From Callorhinchus milii (Eukaryota): a stretch of 64,000 nucleotides of DNA. The number at the start of each line of letters is the position of its first letter. Positions within the stretch are counted from its first letter, which is position 1. The translations under genes and the position numbers were made by a program. The stretch is taken from the NCBI RefSeq assembly GCF_018977255.1, contig NW_024704743.1, forward strand, positions 50,470,001-50,534,000, read 5' to 3'. This document shows positions 49,541 to 63,170 of the stretch, piece after piece. The notes under the pieces are model-generated. The model saw nothing but the letters and a program-made list of their open reading frames with translations. It was not told the DNA's origin and did no database searches.

Positions 49541-50900
49541 GATGGAATGTAGATGGAAACATTGTGGCATTTATGTCTATTTTTTACTTTGGGCTGAAAA
49601 ATGCAATATGTGATTCTATAATTATCACTGGTAATATTTTCACTATCTGTCTTGTATTCTTTCCTTTTATTCATCCCCATTTACTTTAAATAATAATAAT
49701 GCTTACATTAGTACAGTGCCTTTCTTGTTGGGAGAATGTCTTAAAACACTTCACAGGACATGCTGCAAAGTGTAATGACTGTATTTTGTGGGTGAATTTG
49801 GCTGAATTTTAATCATCCCTGCAGAAACATGGGGTTGAAAATGTTACAATCTCTATCTGAACCCGAGCTGGTAGCTAGAAGAGCATCACACTGATCTGTG
49901 GAACTGTCCACTCTAGGCACGACTGAGCAAATACTGTAGTCTTGGACGTTTACTGAAACATTTCCCCCACTTCACCAGTCCACCTCACCCTCCGTATATT
50001 CATGATATTATGAGACTGTGATCAAGATTCCTTGCACTTGGTTTCAACACTAGTTTGTGGATATATTTATTTACACGGGTACAGTGATAAATGTCAATGT
50101 TCCTTTCTCAAAGCCTAATGTTTTCCTTAGTTAGTTTAGACGTGCTGAGGTTTGCTGAAGAATTTTGTAATTCACGTTAGGTCATTGCTTTCCAGAGCTG
50201 CTGAAGAATCAGGGTGAAAGGCTGGTTATGTGCAGGAATATATAGTGGGCATTCCCATGTGTGTGATTTAACTTTCTCATTGCTGGTTCTTGAGAAGTAT
50301 TACGCCTTTGCTGCCTGCTTTCTTGGTATTATTTTCTTTAGTCTGCCAGTTGGTTATAGATTGTTCTCCAGTGTTTTCCTGTCCAGAATGACCTCTCCAG
50401 CACTTTATTGATTGTTTCAGTTTCAGTACTTTACTTTTTTTGGGACTTAGTAAAAGTTTTCTGGTTTTTTTGGGGGTGGGGGGGAAGGGAGGCAGTTTTC
50501 TCTCCAACTAATCACAGTTTCCAGACAAAAATATACTCTTGTCTCTTCCAATTCAGGGTACTAGTTCAGATGACCTATATAGAACTTGCATTTTTATAGC
50601 ACCTTATCACATCAGGTCATCTCAAAGTGCTTCACAGATGATTACTGTTAAGTTTAGAGACCTTTTTATAAGTAAATGGGGCAGTGATTTGCACTAGTGA
50701 GATTCCACAAACAGTTTTGAAACATTCAAGGACTGTTGGCAAGGACAGCAGGTGAAATTCCTTACTCTTTCCAAACAGTAATGATGTCTGCATTTGTTAT
50801 AATGGCTTTTGCACTGGGAGGATGTCTCAAAGCGCTTCACAGGATTTACAGTAAAGTGTAGCGACTGTGTGTTTTGTTCCAAATTGTGTCATGTGGTCAT

Positions 50901-51218
50901 TATAATAATAATAATCCTTGCATTTGATATAGCGCTTTTCACGTCGGGAGGACGTCCCAAAGCGCTTCACAGAACACACTGTAAAGTGAATTGACTGTAT
51001 ATTTGTGGGCAAATGCGGCAGCCAATTGCGCACAGCAATGTCCCACAAACAGTCGTAGATTGAAAATGACCAATTTATTATTGTTTTTGGTTTTGGAGGG
51101 ATTATTATTAGGTGTGTGGAGTAAGGAAACTTGCCCAAGGTTTCGCCCTCTGCCTGGAATTGAACTCAGGTCTCTCGCTTGCAAAGCGAGTGCTCTAACC
51201 ACTGAGCTACAGGACTCC
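50901..51218 (-). mobile_element. Same SINE, short form, full length
   Basis: Near identical to 13561-13883. Confidence 0.92.
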
Positions 51219-51327
51219 ATTAGTGTCAATCTGTAAACCGACAAGCAAGACTCATGTAAACAATGGCACCTCCAACAAGGAGGCACTTCCCCAGTACTGC
51301 ACTGGGGTGTCAGCCTGAGTTATGAAT

Positions 51328-51683
51328 TAATAATGATAATCCTTGCATTTGATATAGTATTTTATCACATCTTCTAGATGTCTCAAAGCGCTTCACAGAA
51401 TATACTGTAAAGTGAATTGGCTATACATTATTGGGGGAAATGCGGCAGCCAATTGCACATAGCAGGGTCCCACAAACAGTCGTAGATTGAGTGACCAAAT
51501 TATTATTGTTATTATTTTTAAGGGATTATTACCTCCAGAAAAGCAATTGGCCAATGAAATAACAGGGTTCCTACTTACTGCTAGGTAAACAGAGGCGTGT
51601 GGAGGAAGGAAACTTGCCGAATATTTTACCCTGGCAGGAATTGTAACCAGATCCTCTCTATTGCGAGGCGAGTGCTCTAACCA
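51328..51683 (-). mobile_element. Same SINE, long form
   Basis: Partial head, body and tail. Confidence 0.88.
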
Positions 51684-54282
51684 ATCATGGATGGAAATTG
51701 GAGATCTCTATTTAACCCCTTCCTTACAACTCTACAATTGTTTCATGCACCCATTCAGTCAACTGTACCTTAGTGGGTTGTGATGTGCTTAAGGTTCCAT
51801 TGGTGCCACTCCAAATGGTGAGAGAAAGAAAACATTAGCTGGTCATTTGTCTCTCACAGAATATGTGGCTCTCTGTTGGACTGAAACCCCTCAAGCAGCT
51901 GTTCAGCATTGCTTCATGCTCCTGGATCACAAGAGAGTGAAAGTACTCTAAAAAATGGCAACGTGGAAGGAATTTTGAGATTATCCAGGTGGACACTCAT
52001 GACCATACAGAACCCATATCCATGCTTAAGTGTATCCAAACTAAACTGGGAGTTCCATGCACAGAAACTTCCCTGTGTTTGGGATCAAATCTACGCTGTC
52101 TCCCTAGAGGAACACAACCTGCTTATTTAAATCTAGAAAGTTTTGTTACAGGTTGGCAAGAGCCAAAGTTTGGGGACTTCAGAGTGTGAGTTGGAGTACT
52201 GCTAGGTGGGTGGCAGGTACCAGAGATTCCCCATGAGTCTCTTGGTTAGCAGCACAACTCAGCTTCCTCATTCTTACACACATCCCTACCCATTAAGTGA
52301 TGGCTCCACCTCATGGAGTTTCAGCAGTAGCTACTTATCTCGCTGCACACCAATCCACTAAAGCCTACCAAGCTTATTCAACACCAACTGCTTCACCCAG
52401 TCCTTATGTGGGATTGAAAAATTAAACCCAGATCAATACTTTAGGACATATCAAGTTAGTAAAACAAGAGAACGTAGGTTAAGAGTTGTAAAGGGCGATT
52501 TTGGGACAGACATCCGGATGTTTTGCTTTACTAAGAGATTAATTCATGATTGGAACAGATTGTTAGGAAAGTGGTAGAGGCCAGGACACTGGATTCATTT
52601 TAAAAGCAGCTTAATGCAGTGATGGAGCAACAGTGGGCTAGGTGTTCTGGAAAGATGAGATCAAATGGGCTGTAAGGCCTTCTTCATTCAAACCAACCTT
52701 GTGACCTTGTGATGGGCTTTGATGAAGCTGCATTGCTTCCAGGTGCTGAGTATCAGGCCATTGTAGGCTGCAGCCTTTTCACTCTGGAACCACTTCCACC
52801 TTAATGTTTGTCCCTGAATTTTGAAAATGGATCATAAGAAACCATCACAGCCCAAGATTTCTGAGCTGTGATGGAGATCTGTTTGGACGCATGTCATATA
52901 CGCCACAAGCTTAACGCAAATTGAGTCTATGCTTTCATTAAAGAAAGATGGGAATGCCCAGCAAGCCTTTCACCCCTTCTCAGTGTGATCCCGAAGGACA
53001 GTGTCCAAATAAATATTTGTGTCCTCAGCTACCACAATAGAAATAAATAATTGAGATCTTCTGGTCACAAAATACCTAACCAATGGCACCCACCATCTTA
53101 TGATGTCTTACTGAGTTGCCCAGTGTTCAAGGTGGTGAGTGCAGCAGATCTCCAGGTGGACCAGCCAAGAACACCACATCAACTGCAAACACAAGTCCTG
53201 CTATTTTATTATAAATGCCTGGAACAGGAGCACCAAGCATCGAACCATCGAACATATGTAAAAAGTACCATTCACTGATCAGTAACTTTTTGTCATTCCC
53301 CACTCCTCCCTTTAGCAATGGGAACAATTAGATAAAAAGCTTCAACCCATTGCCAGTGCAAAAGAACCTGACTGCTCACCACCAGCAGTAGTTTCTTAAT
53401 TGTAGTTCACGGTGTAGAAAATGGGTGGATTAGAACTGCTTCTTAACTGTGCTGTTCTAAAGGAAGAGTGAAGACATAGCTCTGTATTCTATCTGTGAAT
53501 AGATTGTTGTGTGGATGGATAATAAAGATGTCTGGAAAAGTTTTTGGTTCATGTAACGGGTCACAAACCTTTGAAGGAGAAAGTGATTTACAAAAAGACT
53601 ATAATTTTAAACTGACAATATTTCCAAATCGTGATTATTCACATTTTCTGAAGAGGTGGTCGATGGGCTGGGGTTTAATTTGCGCTGTTTGTAAAAGTGG
53701 ATAACTGTTAACATGAGCCTCCACAAGCGGCCTGCAAGGTCAGATTGATTTTTGGAGATTGCCAGGGTTTGAGGAAGGGCTGCAGGGAGAAATGGATGAG
53801 TTTGGAAAGTAGAATTTCATAATCCCTCCTACCCAAATAAATGGTCATTCAATCCATGGCTGTTTGTGGGACACTGTTGTGCACAAATGGCTGCCACATT
53901 TCACCCCAACGATACACAGTCAATCCACTTTATAATATAATCTGTAAAACGCTTTGAGACATCTCAACAATGTGATAAGGTGCTATATCAAATGCAAGGA
54001 TTATTATTATTATATTAATATACTCTACACTTGTGAGATTAGACTGGAACATTATTTAGGATTCTACGATTACAATACTCATTTTACAGGATTTCATATA
54101 CTTTCTTTATCTTTTGTGTCTGTGTGTGAGTGTGTGTATTTGTGTATGTGTGGTATATACATATGTTTTGTGTTTGTGTGTTTGTCTGTGTTCATGCAGG
54201 TATGACATATTGTAAGTATGTGTGCGGAAAGTTATAATAAACATTATTCACCAGGATTTAATGTGATTGATGAAAAACATTA

Positions 54283-54517
54283 AATAATAATAATAATCCT
54301 TGCATTTGATATAGCGCTTTTCACATCTTCTAGACGTCTCAAAGCGCTTCACAGAATAGACTGTAAAGTGAATTGACTGTATATTTTGTGGGCGAAATGG
54401 CACAGCCAATTGAGCACAGCAGTGTCCCACAAACAGTCGTGGAATGAAATGACCAATTTATTGTTGTTTTTTTCTTGAGGGATTATTATCAGGCGTGTGG
54501 AGTAAGGAAACTTTCCC
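54283..54517 (-). mobile_element. Same SINE, 5' truncated (further 3' fragments at ~30095-30268 and ~53830-54015 on plus)
   Basis: Core and tail homology. Confidence 0.85.
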
Positions 54518-56659
54518 ATAGAAAATAGAAATATTAGATGCTCAACAGTTATAAATAAAACCTAATCTTTTTTTAACCCGCCCAGATTTATTTACAAAGT
54601 TCAAAATAAACCAAACTTAAATGATGGCAACAGAAGTACAAACATTTCCAGTTATCTTTACATATGTACTCATAAAACACATTCTTCCTGGCACTTACAG
54701 CACGCTAACAAGTTACTTTATAAAGGTTGAAGGATGTCAGAAAAGTATGTCATTTCAGAGTGCACATTTTCGGATGGGCTCTCTTGAATCTAAGAAAACT
54801 GCTAATTGCAATAAAACTTAACTTTGCATTTCCAAACTTTCATGTTGTTGCTGGGTTGGAGAAATTAATTCCCTTTTGTTCCCAGCTATGAATGCATCTT
54901 GTAGAAATGGTCTGATTCCACAATGCTCTCTTACTGTGTTGCACCCCTACAGTGCTGTGGCAAGGGATTTTGAAAACATTATCTGCTGTCTATGCCCTTG
55001 CACTTGGCCTGGAACTCTCATTAAGATGGGCTATACATGGGCTGCTGCCACAGAGTATTTTTAGAATCATCCTTCACCTCAGCTGTAAAACTGTTAAGTA
55101 TTCCAAGGAGTTTAAAGCAGTGATGTAAGTGATGTTTGTGTTCCTTATGCTGGCTATTTGTCACATGCAGACAATTTTATTGCACTTGCGTGCACTTACA
55201 CTTTACTCTTTGCCCTGTCGATGGTGCACTCTGTCAGATGCTCCCGATTAATCTGAACTAATGATCTCTATGCATGTCTTGACCGAGCTCCCCTTTCATC
55301 TTGTGGCTGCTTTTCAAACAGCGGTCATACCTCTTTAGCACAACATCCAAATTAGAGAACATTACGCCAGAGAAAGCCTACAGAAGCTTTGTCAACACCC
55401 AAGTGAAAGAACCAATCAATAATGTCAAAGCCCCATGACAGGTCTCAAAGTGAAATGTCACTTACTCAGCAGACGTTATGGAGCACTGACCTCACTCACC
55501 CAGTGTCCTGCCACCAGGCTAAGGTTTCCCACTTCCACATTTCCCAGTTCAAACTGTTCTTAATCTGTGGAAATTCCTGGAAGAATCTTGGAGGATGTGG
55601 ACGTCTATCATCTATAGAAGTGGCTCCCAGGATTTGACACCAGCATCTTTTAATCCAACAAATACATAAGATAATTAATTTCCAGATCAAGACAAATAAA
55701 ATAATTCTGTGTCTTTTACAAGAATCCTTTCCTACTTTGGCCCTGTTTAACTGGTCTTGTAAGCCACAATTAGCATTTATATAGTGCTTTTCACAGAGGC
55801 TTGAAGCACTTTACAGAGCTGGTGCAGGGTATCAGGGTGGGTGAGAGAGTGGAGGAGGAAGCTGACTGTAGACATAATCAAAGATGTAGGTTTTCAGGAG
55901 GCCTTTAAAGATAAATAGCCTTCAAAGTTGTTTTTTGGTAGATTTTAAACAAAATTTACAGAAATTAGCTTCAGAATTACAGCTGTATTTAAGAACTTGC
56001 CAAATTCGGCATTCTCCAAAATGCTAAGAAAATAGAGTAATTCTGGACCCAGCTACAGTTATCTACTCTAATGCCATTTACCTGCTTTCCCCCCATACGC
56101 TTCAATGTTATTTTGCTTCAAGAATTTATGTAAATTCTCTTTTAAGAGCTTTTTTGGACAACATTTGTAATAAGGCATTCTCGATTCTCTTTGTAAAATA
56201 TAAATTTCCAACCTCCCCTCATTCGTTCTGGTGATAATCCTCAAATTGTAACCCCATATTACTGAAACACTGATCAGTCGGAATAATCTTTATATACTTT
56301 ATCAAATCCAGAATTTTGAAAACCTCTATTAAACCCTTTAATCTTCAGTCTTGGGGAGGGGAGGGTAGAGCTAGCTTGGGTTCGTCGATATCAACTATAC
56401 TGTACTAAAACTATACTTTTTGGCATATCCGACATATTTGGAAATCTTTACTATTCTTAAGAGGATCCAGACCAGACTGAGATCTTACATTTCTAAGCCA
56501 ACTACACATGAAGTTATTATGTTATTATTATTCTGTACATGCAGGGAGGGAGCTTGTACCTAACTCTTTTGACTTGTGTCAAGGAGGGAGGGAATTTGCT
56601 GCATCCCAATCCTGAACTCACTGATACATAATTTGCATACGTGCACCATCCAGCAGGAT

Positions 56660-56835
56660 GCAGTTAGGAATAGAAATCAGGAATGGAATGTTCCCCTCCT
56701 TAAATCAAGATGCTGACTCCAGTTTGTAAAGCATCCACTGCCTCCTTGACTGAGATAAGCTAATTTAGCGCTGAACAGACATCAACTCTGGGGCTTTCCC
56801 ACTGTGTACAGCTCAACTATTCACTGGATAAACAC
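56660..56835 (-). mobile_element. Very old SINE-like repeat of a second family (related ~38060-38170, 60290-60480)
   Basis: Shared CTGAGATCAGCTAA / CAGCACAGA motif and a degenerate B-box-like segment; highly diverged. Confidence 0.5.
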
Positions 56836-59800
56836 AATGATCTTATGTCTAACCTTTGATCTGGCAGACAAAATGGATTGAAATATAGTTGATGTGCATA
56901 CATCTGTTAAGTGATAAGATGCAGAAAGATTTACAGACAGCTTACATATTTGCCCTTAAGAAGCACAGGATATGTAAAACATTATCAAGAAGGTACTTGC
57001 AAAATAAAACAGAGACTTGAAAGTGGAAGATAAATGGAATAGTTGCCGTAACATAAGCAGTGGGCAATCTGTCTTGGTGACACTCCAGACTCATTTGTCT
57101 CAACCCAGGCAACAAATAATGAGATTTCTGAAATTTAGGATTTTAAATAGTGAATGATCAACAGAACAAAACACAAGTCAAAAGAGTTAGGGACAAACTG
57201 CTGATATCAACAACAAAATAACATAATTATCAGAGGATCTCTTTCAACTCTTTACGGGGGGGGGGGGGGGGAGGGGTGGGGTGGGGGGTGTGGGGTAGTA
57301 AGGGCTAGCTTTACTAGCATTGTCAAATCTCAAGAAAGAGTTAAACTAAACGTTAGCACTAGCCCCAGTGCAGTAGGAACATGATTAGCAATGAGTTAAT
57401 CATGTTTGCTGTCTTCTGTTTCATTAAACAATTACTGTAAACCTTCTGTAACTACTGCAGTATCAGTCATTCATCTACTTGACACAAGAGGGGAAGAGCG
57501 AGAGGGAGAAAGATTTGTTCAACATTGATCTGCTTCATTTCAGATTGTTAGCCGACAGCTTCAGACAAAACAATGCAATTTTGACCAGACTGTGTCTCTT
57601 CTCGGTGATTCAGTGTCTACACTGACCTCTGAATGAGGAAGTTATAATCCTTCCCACCAGCAGTCATCGTCCTCCAGTAACACCAGAGAAATATGGTCTT
57701 TAGTCAGGCTAGTTATGATGAATACAGGAACTCAGAAATTACCAATGTTTAACCTCTGTATATTGACGTGCAGATTGTAATTGGGACTTGAGGTGACACT
57801 TGATACTTGCCTTCCAATGCAGTGTTTTGGGGAGTAATGTATAGTTGCAGGTGCTGTTCTTTGAATGAGATTTTAAACTGAGGTACTGTCTGCCTGTTCA
57901 GGGGTATATCAAAGAAACCATCACAGTATTCGAAAGGAGAAAGGAACTTTTCCCAGTGATCTGGTAAAACATCCCCAGAATAATTAATCATTCACCTCAC
58001 GACTGCTTATGGGTTCCTGCTGTGCAAATTGTTTTAGTGGCCTTGTTTGCTCACTAAAACAATCACAACACTTGACAGCAGTTCCTGTAAAGTGCTTTGA
58101 GGGGTTTTATACATGACAAGGTACTATAAAACGATTTCTTCCTTCTCTCTTCATTTCTCATTTTCATTTTGTTTGTGTGTATTTGTGGTTATTACTCAAA
58201 TTTCTCCCCTCCTTTCCTCTTCAGTCTTCCAGGAAATAAACTCCCTGATGCTCAAAGACAACTGAGCAAAAACTCCAGAATGTTCATCCCTGACTTGTTT
58301 CGCTCCACAAACAACATTCCTCTCCTGTTCCTCATCTCACCATCAACAACAATTACACAGGCTTCTAACCTGAAGTACTTTTTTTCTGGCCAGATACATA
58401 CTCAGCTCTTCATGTCAGGACATTAATCAACATAGATTTTGTTGGGAGACTATTCAGTGCGGTTGAATTTACTCTATAAATTATGAGATCTGGTTTAACT
58501 GGAATTTGTCCCTACACACCATACAGGGAAAAAATATTAAATATCCTGTAGTTCAGTACTAAACTACAACTAAGCCACTGTTTCAGGAAAATATTGTGAT
58601 GTTGTTGTGTGTTAAATAACATTGCTAATATTGGTAATTCATTTAGCGATCTTATGATAGAGTATCGGCTGTTCTCTGTGTGTTGGAGGGAGACTTCCCC
58701 CTTCCCACATACATATTCTTCTTGGAAGCTGGCTTTGAGAAGCTGGTTTTGTGGTTTCTGGATTGTGGCTTTGAACTACTGTATTCTGATATTTCCTGTT
58801 GTAGAAAAGTGGTCTGGAAATGGTATTGTGGCTTAGGTACAGACACCAAAACCTCAGCCAGTCAGTTCACAGTACCCAGAGAAGCCAAAGAACAGAGAGA
58901 ATGAAAGCAGATCAGTGCCCCACATGTACAATAAGTCTGCAGGGTGACCTCATTATATTGGCAAGAACATTAAGGAGATAGACAAAATGAATGCAGATAA
59001 ATTCTTCACTGTGGCGAAGGGTCTAAATACCAACGGATGACAGTTTAAAGTTAGGAAACTAAGATTAAGGGGATAAATCAACTGGAAGATTTTCGCATAA
59101 AGAGGTTCTAGGCTTGTGGAATAAACTAATACAACAACAACTTGGCGTTATATAACGCCCTCCATGCCGGACAGCGTCTCAGGAGAGGACATTGAATCGA
59201 TAATATAAATGGGATTCGGAGGCAATTGGATGTGTTTCTAAGGAGAAGGGTTTTGGTGAGTGGGACTGAGATCCGTCAGTAAGAGACAGTCATGATGTGC
59301 TGACTGTCCTTTTCTGGTCCTGAAAATCTTATATTCTAAAACTCTCATGGGCATGTACAGTACCATGTTTTATCATAGAACAATAGAAACGTGCAGAATA
59401 GCAAAAGGTCATTTGATTTGTTGTGTCTGTGCTCTTTGAAAGAGCAATTTATTCAGTACCATTTACCAGACTTTTCCACCAACCCCTACAGAATACTCCT
59501 TTATAGATTACTACCTAGGTCCCTCTTGATCATTCACTTGGCGACATTGAGACTGACGTTCAGGCATTGTATTGTGTGTGAGGAGGTGATGAAGAGTCCA
59601 GTCCAATTGTAGTGCTCGAAGCTCAGGCCATGAAATGATAACGGACAGCAGAAAAAAGAAAACAGCAAATATCTGTCCCAATTGGAGAGACAGCTGCTGA
59701 TTCCAGAGGTTTTACTGTATACTGTATAGCTTTTCTGCTGATTTTCCTGATATGTTTCAGGTTAAATCAGATAATAACTTGTTCTTCAGTTGAGACATTA

Positions 59801-61081
59801 AACTGAATTCCCTTCTGCATATTTCCCTATACTCTTTCACATTCTTCCTCTTCAAGAATCTGTCCAATTCCCTTTTAGAAGATGCTATGAACTCTGCCTC
59901 AACTATAGGGTTTGTTTGAGAATTCCACATTCTCATTGTGATTGTGTTAAGTTTATTCCCTTTAATTACTAGATTGCAATGACTGGACCTTTTTTGTTAC
60001 TATTTCCCAGTACGTCATAATCTTGAAGACTTCTTAACCTTCTCAACACCAGTGAAAAAGAGCCCTAACTTCTCAAGTTTCTCTTCATATCACAGCTGAA
60101 TTTGATTCTATCCTTGGTTGAATGAATAAACATACAGTTTCCAGCAGGGGTCATTATAACAATAAAAATAATAGTAATCCTTGCCTATGGTATAGTACCT
60201 ATCACGTCAGGGGAACGTCTCAAAGCGCCTTGTAAGATTTACTGTAAAGTCTAAAGACTGTGTGTTTTGTATGAAAACTAGATAGAAATCAAGTGTTGGA
60301 ATGTTGACTGATTTTGCTGACTCTAACCCAGGCACTGTGACTAACCATAGTACCCCAATTGCCTATATGGCTAAGAACAGGACATCACAGCACAGATCAA
60401 GAATTGGACCTGGGACTTTGTGGTCTGTGAGATTTAGTGCTACAATGAGCAATGCCTTTATCCATTCTGTCATCAGGGAGTATCATAAAGCAATTACACT
60501 TCAACAAAGATATTCAAGAAAGCTTTAGAGCGTCAAAACAAAACACAATGATGCTGTTTGATTTTTAAAAGGATTTTAGGATCTTGATAAGGTGAGAGCC
60601 TGTCTTTCAAGGGGAAATAATCTGTCTGTATTTGCACAGTCAGCAGTATGAAAAAATAGGGATTGAAATGCTTCAGAACATAAGTACTTATAAAAACAGT
60701 CCCTGCTTTTGCAGTTTTGGTTCAATTTAGAGAACAGTCCAATAATAAATAGCCTTGTGTTTAATATAATGTTAAAATGTCTCAGAACACTTGACGTGTA
60801 TATACTGTCAAGTGTAGTGATTGTTTTGGTCGGTAAACATGGCAGCCGGTTTGCAAATAGTATGATCCTTCAAACGCCCTTGAGGTGAATGACAAAGGAA
60901 TTGCAAAAGAATCTCTACTCTTTTCAAATCATTTCATGGGGTCTTTAATGTTCACCTAAAGAAATAGGCAAAACTTCAGTCTAAAATTTAATTCAAGGTA
61001 TTGCTCCCCCAATACCACATTGAAATTTCAGCCTAGACCAGTGGTGACCAACCTTTATGGTCAGCCAACAAATAAATATTC

Positions 61082-61132
61082 TTGATTGAATATTTCTTGA
61101 TTTATGCCATAAATCAAGAAATATTCAATCAA
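61082..61132. repeat. Perfect 25-bp inverted repeat with 1-nt spacer
   Basis: TTGATTGAATATTTCTTGATTTATG-C-CATAAATCAAGAAATATTCAATCAA. Confidence 0.95.
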
Positions 61133-62849
61133 AACCCCACTGGAAATACACTCCTGATTGAACACAGATTTACCTAGAACTCGTGCAAATGTTCAGAATA
61201 TTCTGTAACTACAGTGATTGCAGTTTAGAAAGAAATATATTTCAACAGCTCACATCCAGCATCTGAGAACATTTTAACACACATAGATTGTTATTGGCAA
61301 CTGTGCCACACAGTTCTTGTCCAGCTAGAACCACCTAACGGTTGGTTGAATTGTTGATTGAATCCTGAATTGGTTGAGAATTCCGGACATATCTACACTT
61401 GAAGAGTCAAACAGGTGGTTAGCCATCAACAATGCCTCCTGCCTGGTTTATCTCCTCTGAGTCAGTTTATCATTCCTATTTTATCTTATAATTTTTTATC
61501 AACCAGAAAATGGGAAATCATAGTTTGATAGGGATTCAAGAACCCTCTGATCCCAACTCTACTTCTCAATCAACCAAAGGATGTTACAGTTTAATCCAAT
61601 GCATCACTCCCAAATTGCAACAATTTCCTTATGTCACATACAAAAAAAATGCAATTCTCAATGACCAAAAATGAGCAAGTGCAAAGTGAAACTTAGAGAC
61701 ACAGAGGTGATTCTGTGTTTGGCAAATGTAATTGTTCCCATTAGAAGTCCATGATGCTAAAGTCAGTAAAGTTATCTTTGGTTAGAGAATCCTGCCACAG
61801 AGCTTTAAGTGATAAGCAAAAGGCTTGATGGCTGAACATGCTCTGTCTAGATAAAAGGTTGAAGCAGACATTATCTGGGTCTTTAAAATTATGAGAGAGG
61901 AACATAATGTGATTTAAGTAGAGAACAGAACCGGAGGTTTAAACTAAAAAAACTTCAAGCAAAGCCATACATTGGGAAAATGGTTAACTTTCTCACAAAT
62001 GAAACCTTTTGGTGATGGAAACAGTCTGACTCACAGGAAGATGTAAACTGCATGTGTGGCAGGTGTACATATTTAAAGTGCTAGAGTGAAAAGGGATGTT
62101 CCTTTGATCTTTGACAAGCAGAACAATGATGTGATGAACAAGCTGCAACTCTGAGCAATTCACAGTGATACATTATACTCATCTCAATATGGTTAAGGTC
62201 CAACTGTAATTTGTTACAGTATCAAATATGAGGTGTAATATTAGTTCTCTACAATAATTGTGAGGGAGAGCAATACGTACCATTGGGCACATACAGATGT
62301 GTGCCAATCGTGTCAGATAGCTGGGTCTAAGGAATCCTTCAACAAGAAGCTGTGCATTCTGAATGCAAACAGATGCAGAACAACAATGGAAAGTGCAAGG
62401 AAGCTGTGGGAATTAAGTAAGGCAATCGAGACAGCACCATGTTTTCAAAACAGGATGCCTGAAACTGGGTTCAAAGCATATGAGATTTGAAAGACTTACT
62501 AGTTTTGATTTAGAGGAACGTGAGATGAATTGTGAAACCACATATGAAGAACCCAAGATCAGTGAAAAAATTAAATCTCTTTTTCATAGAAAAAATAAAT
62601 ATGTCAAAGTGAAGTGAACGAATGTCAGGAGTGGACGATTCATAAACATTTCCCAAAGTGTTTGTTAAAAGAAAAAAAAGTTTTGATGTAGAAGCATAAA
62701 CTACCATAACCGTGTTTGTATAAATATATGTACTGAACTGAAAAGAAAAAAAGTTCAGTATGAAAAGTTCAGTATGAATTGTTTTTTGTGGGGATGTAGA
62801 ATAAATGTTATCTCAATCTAACTATCTGGTGTATTTCGCAACAAAATGC

Positions 62850-63170
62850 AATTATAAACTGCATTCAGGTTGTGCTTATCAACTTCAAGATACTCAGCCT
62901 CATCTATAAACTTCTTCACGTGCTAACATTTCCCTATCTCTCTAATTTGCTTGGCGCCTCTGCAAGGCTAGATTGAGTTTGCTAGTTTCCCCTGCCCCTT
63001 CCATGCCACCATTGGTAGACAAGCTTTCAGATTCCATGCCCTAACCTCTGGAAATCCCTCCCTCTACCCCTCTGTCCTGCCACGTCTCTGTGAAAATGGG
63101 CTATTTTGATGTAAATTGGATTGTATCTGTCTTTAAGTCCTGCCTTAAAACTTATCTATTTGACGGCTCC
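62850..63170 (+). mobile_element. Old L2 3' fragment
   Basis: aacttcaagatactc...gctttcag...ctctggaaatccctccct...cttaaaacttatctatttgac resembles the young L2 C-terminus. Confidence 0.65.

Noticed and set aside
51150..51218. tRNA-Ala gene
   Set aside because: It is the head of a multi-copy SINE that continues into body and tail; no convincing acceptor stem or terminator.
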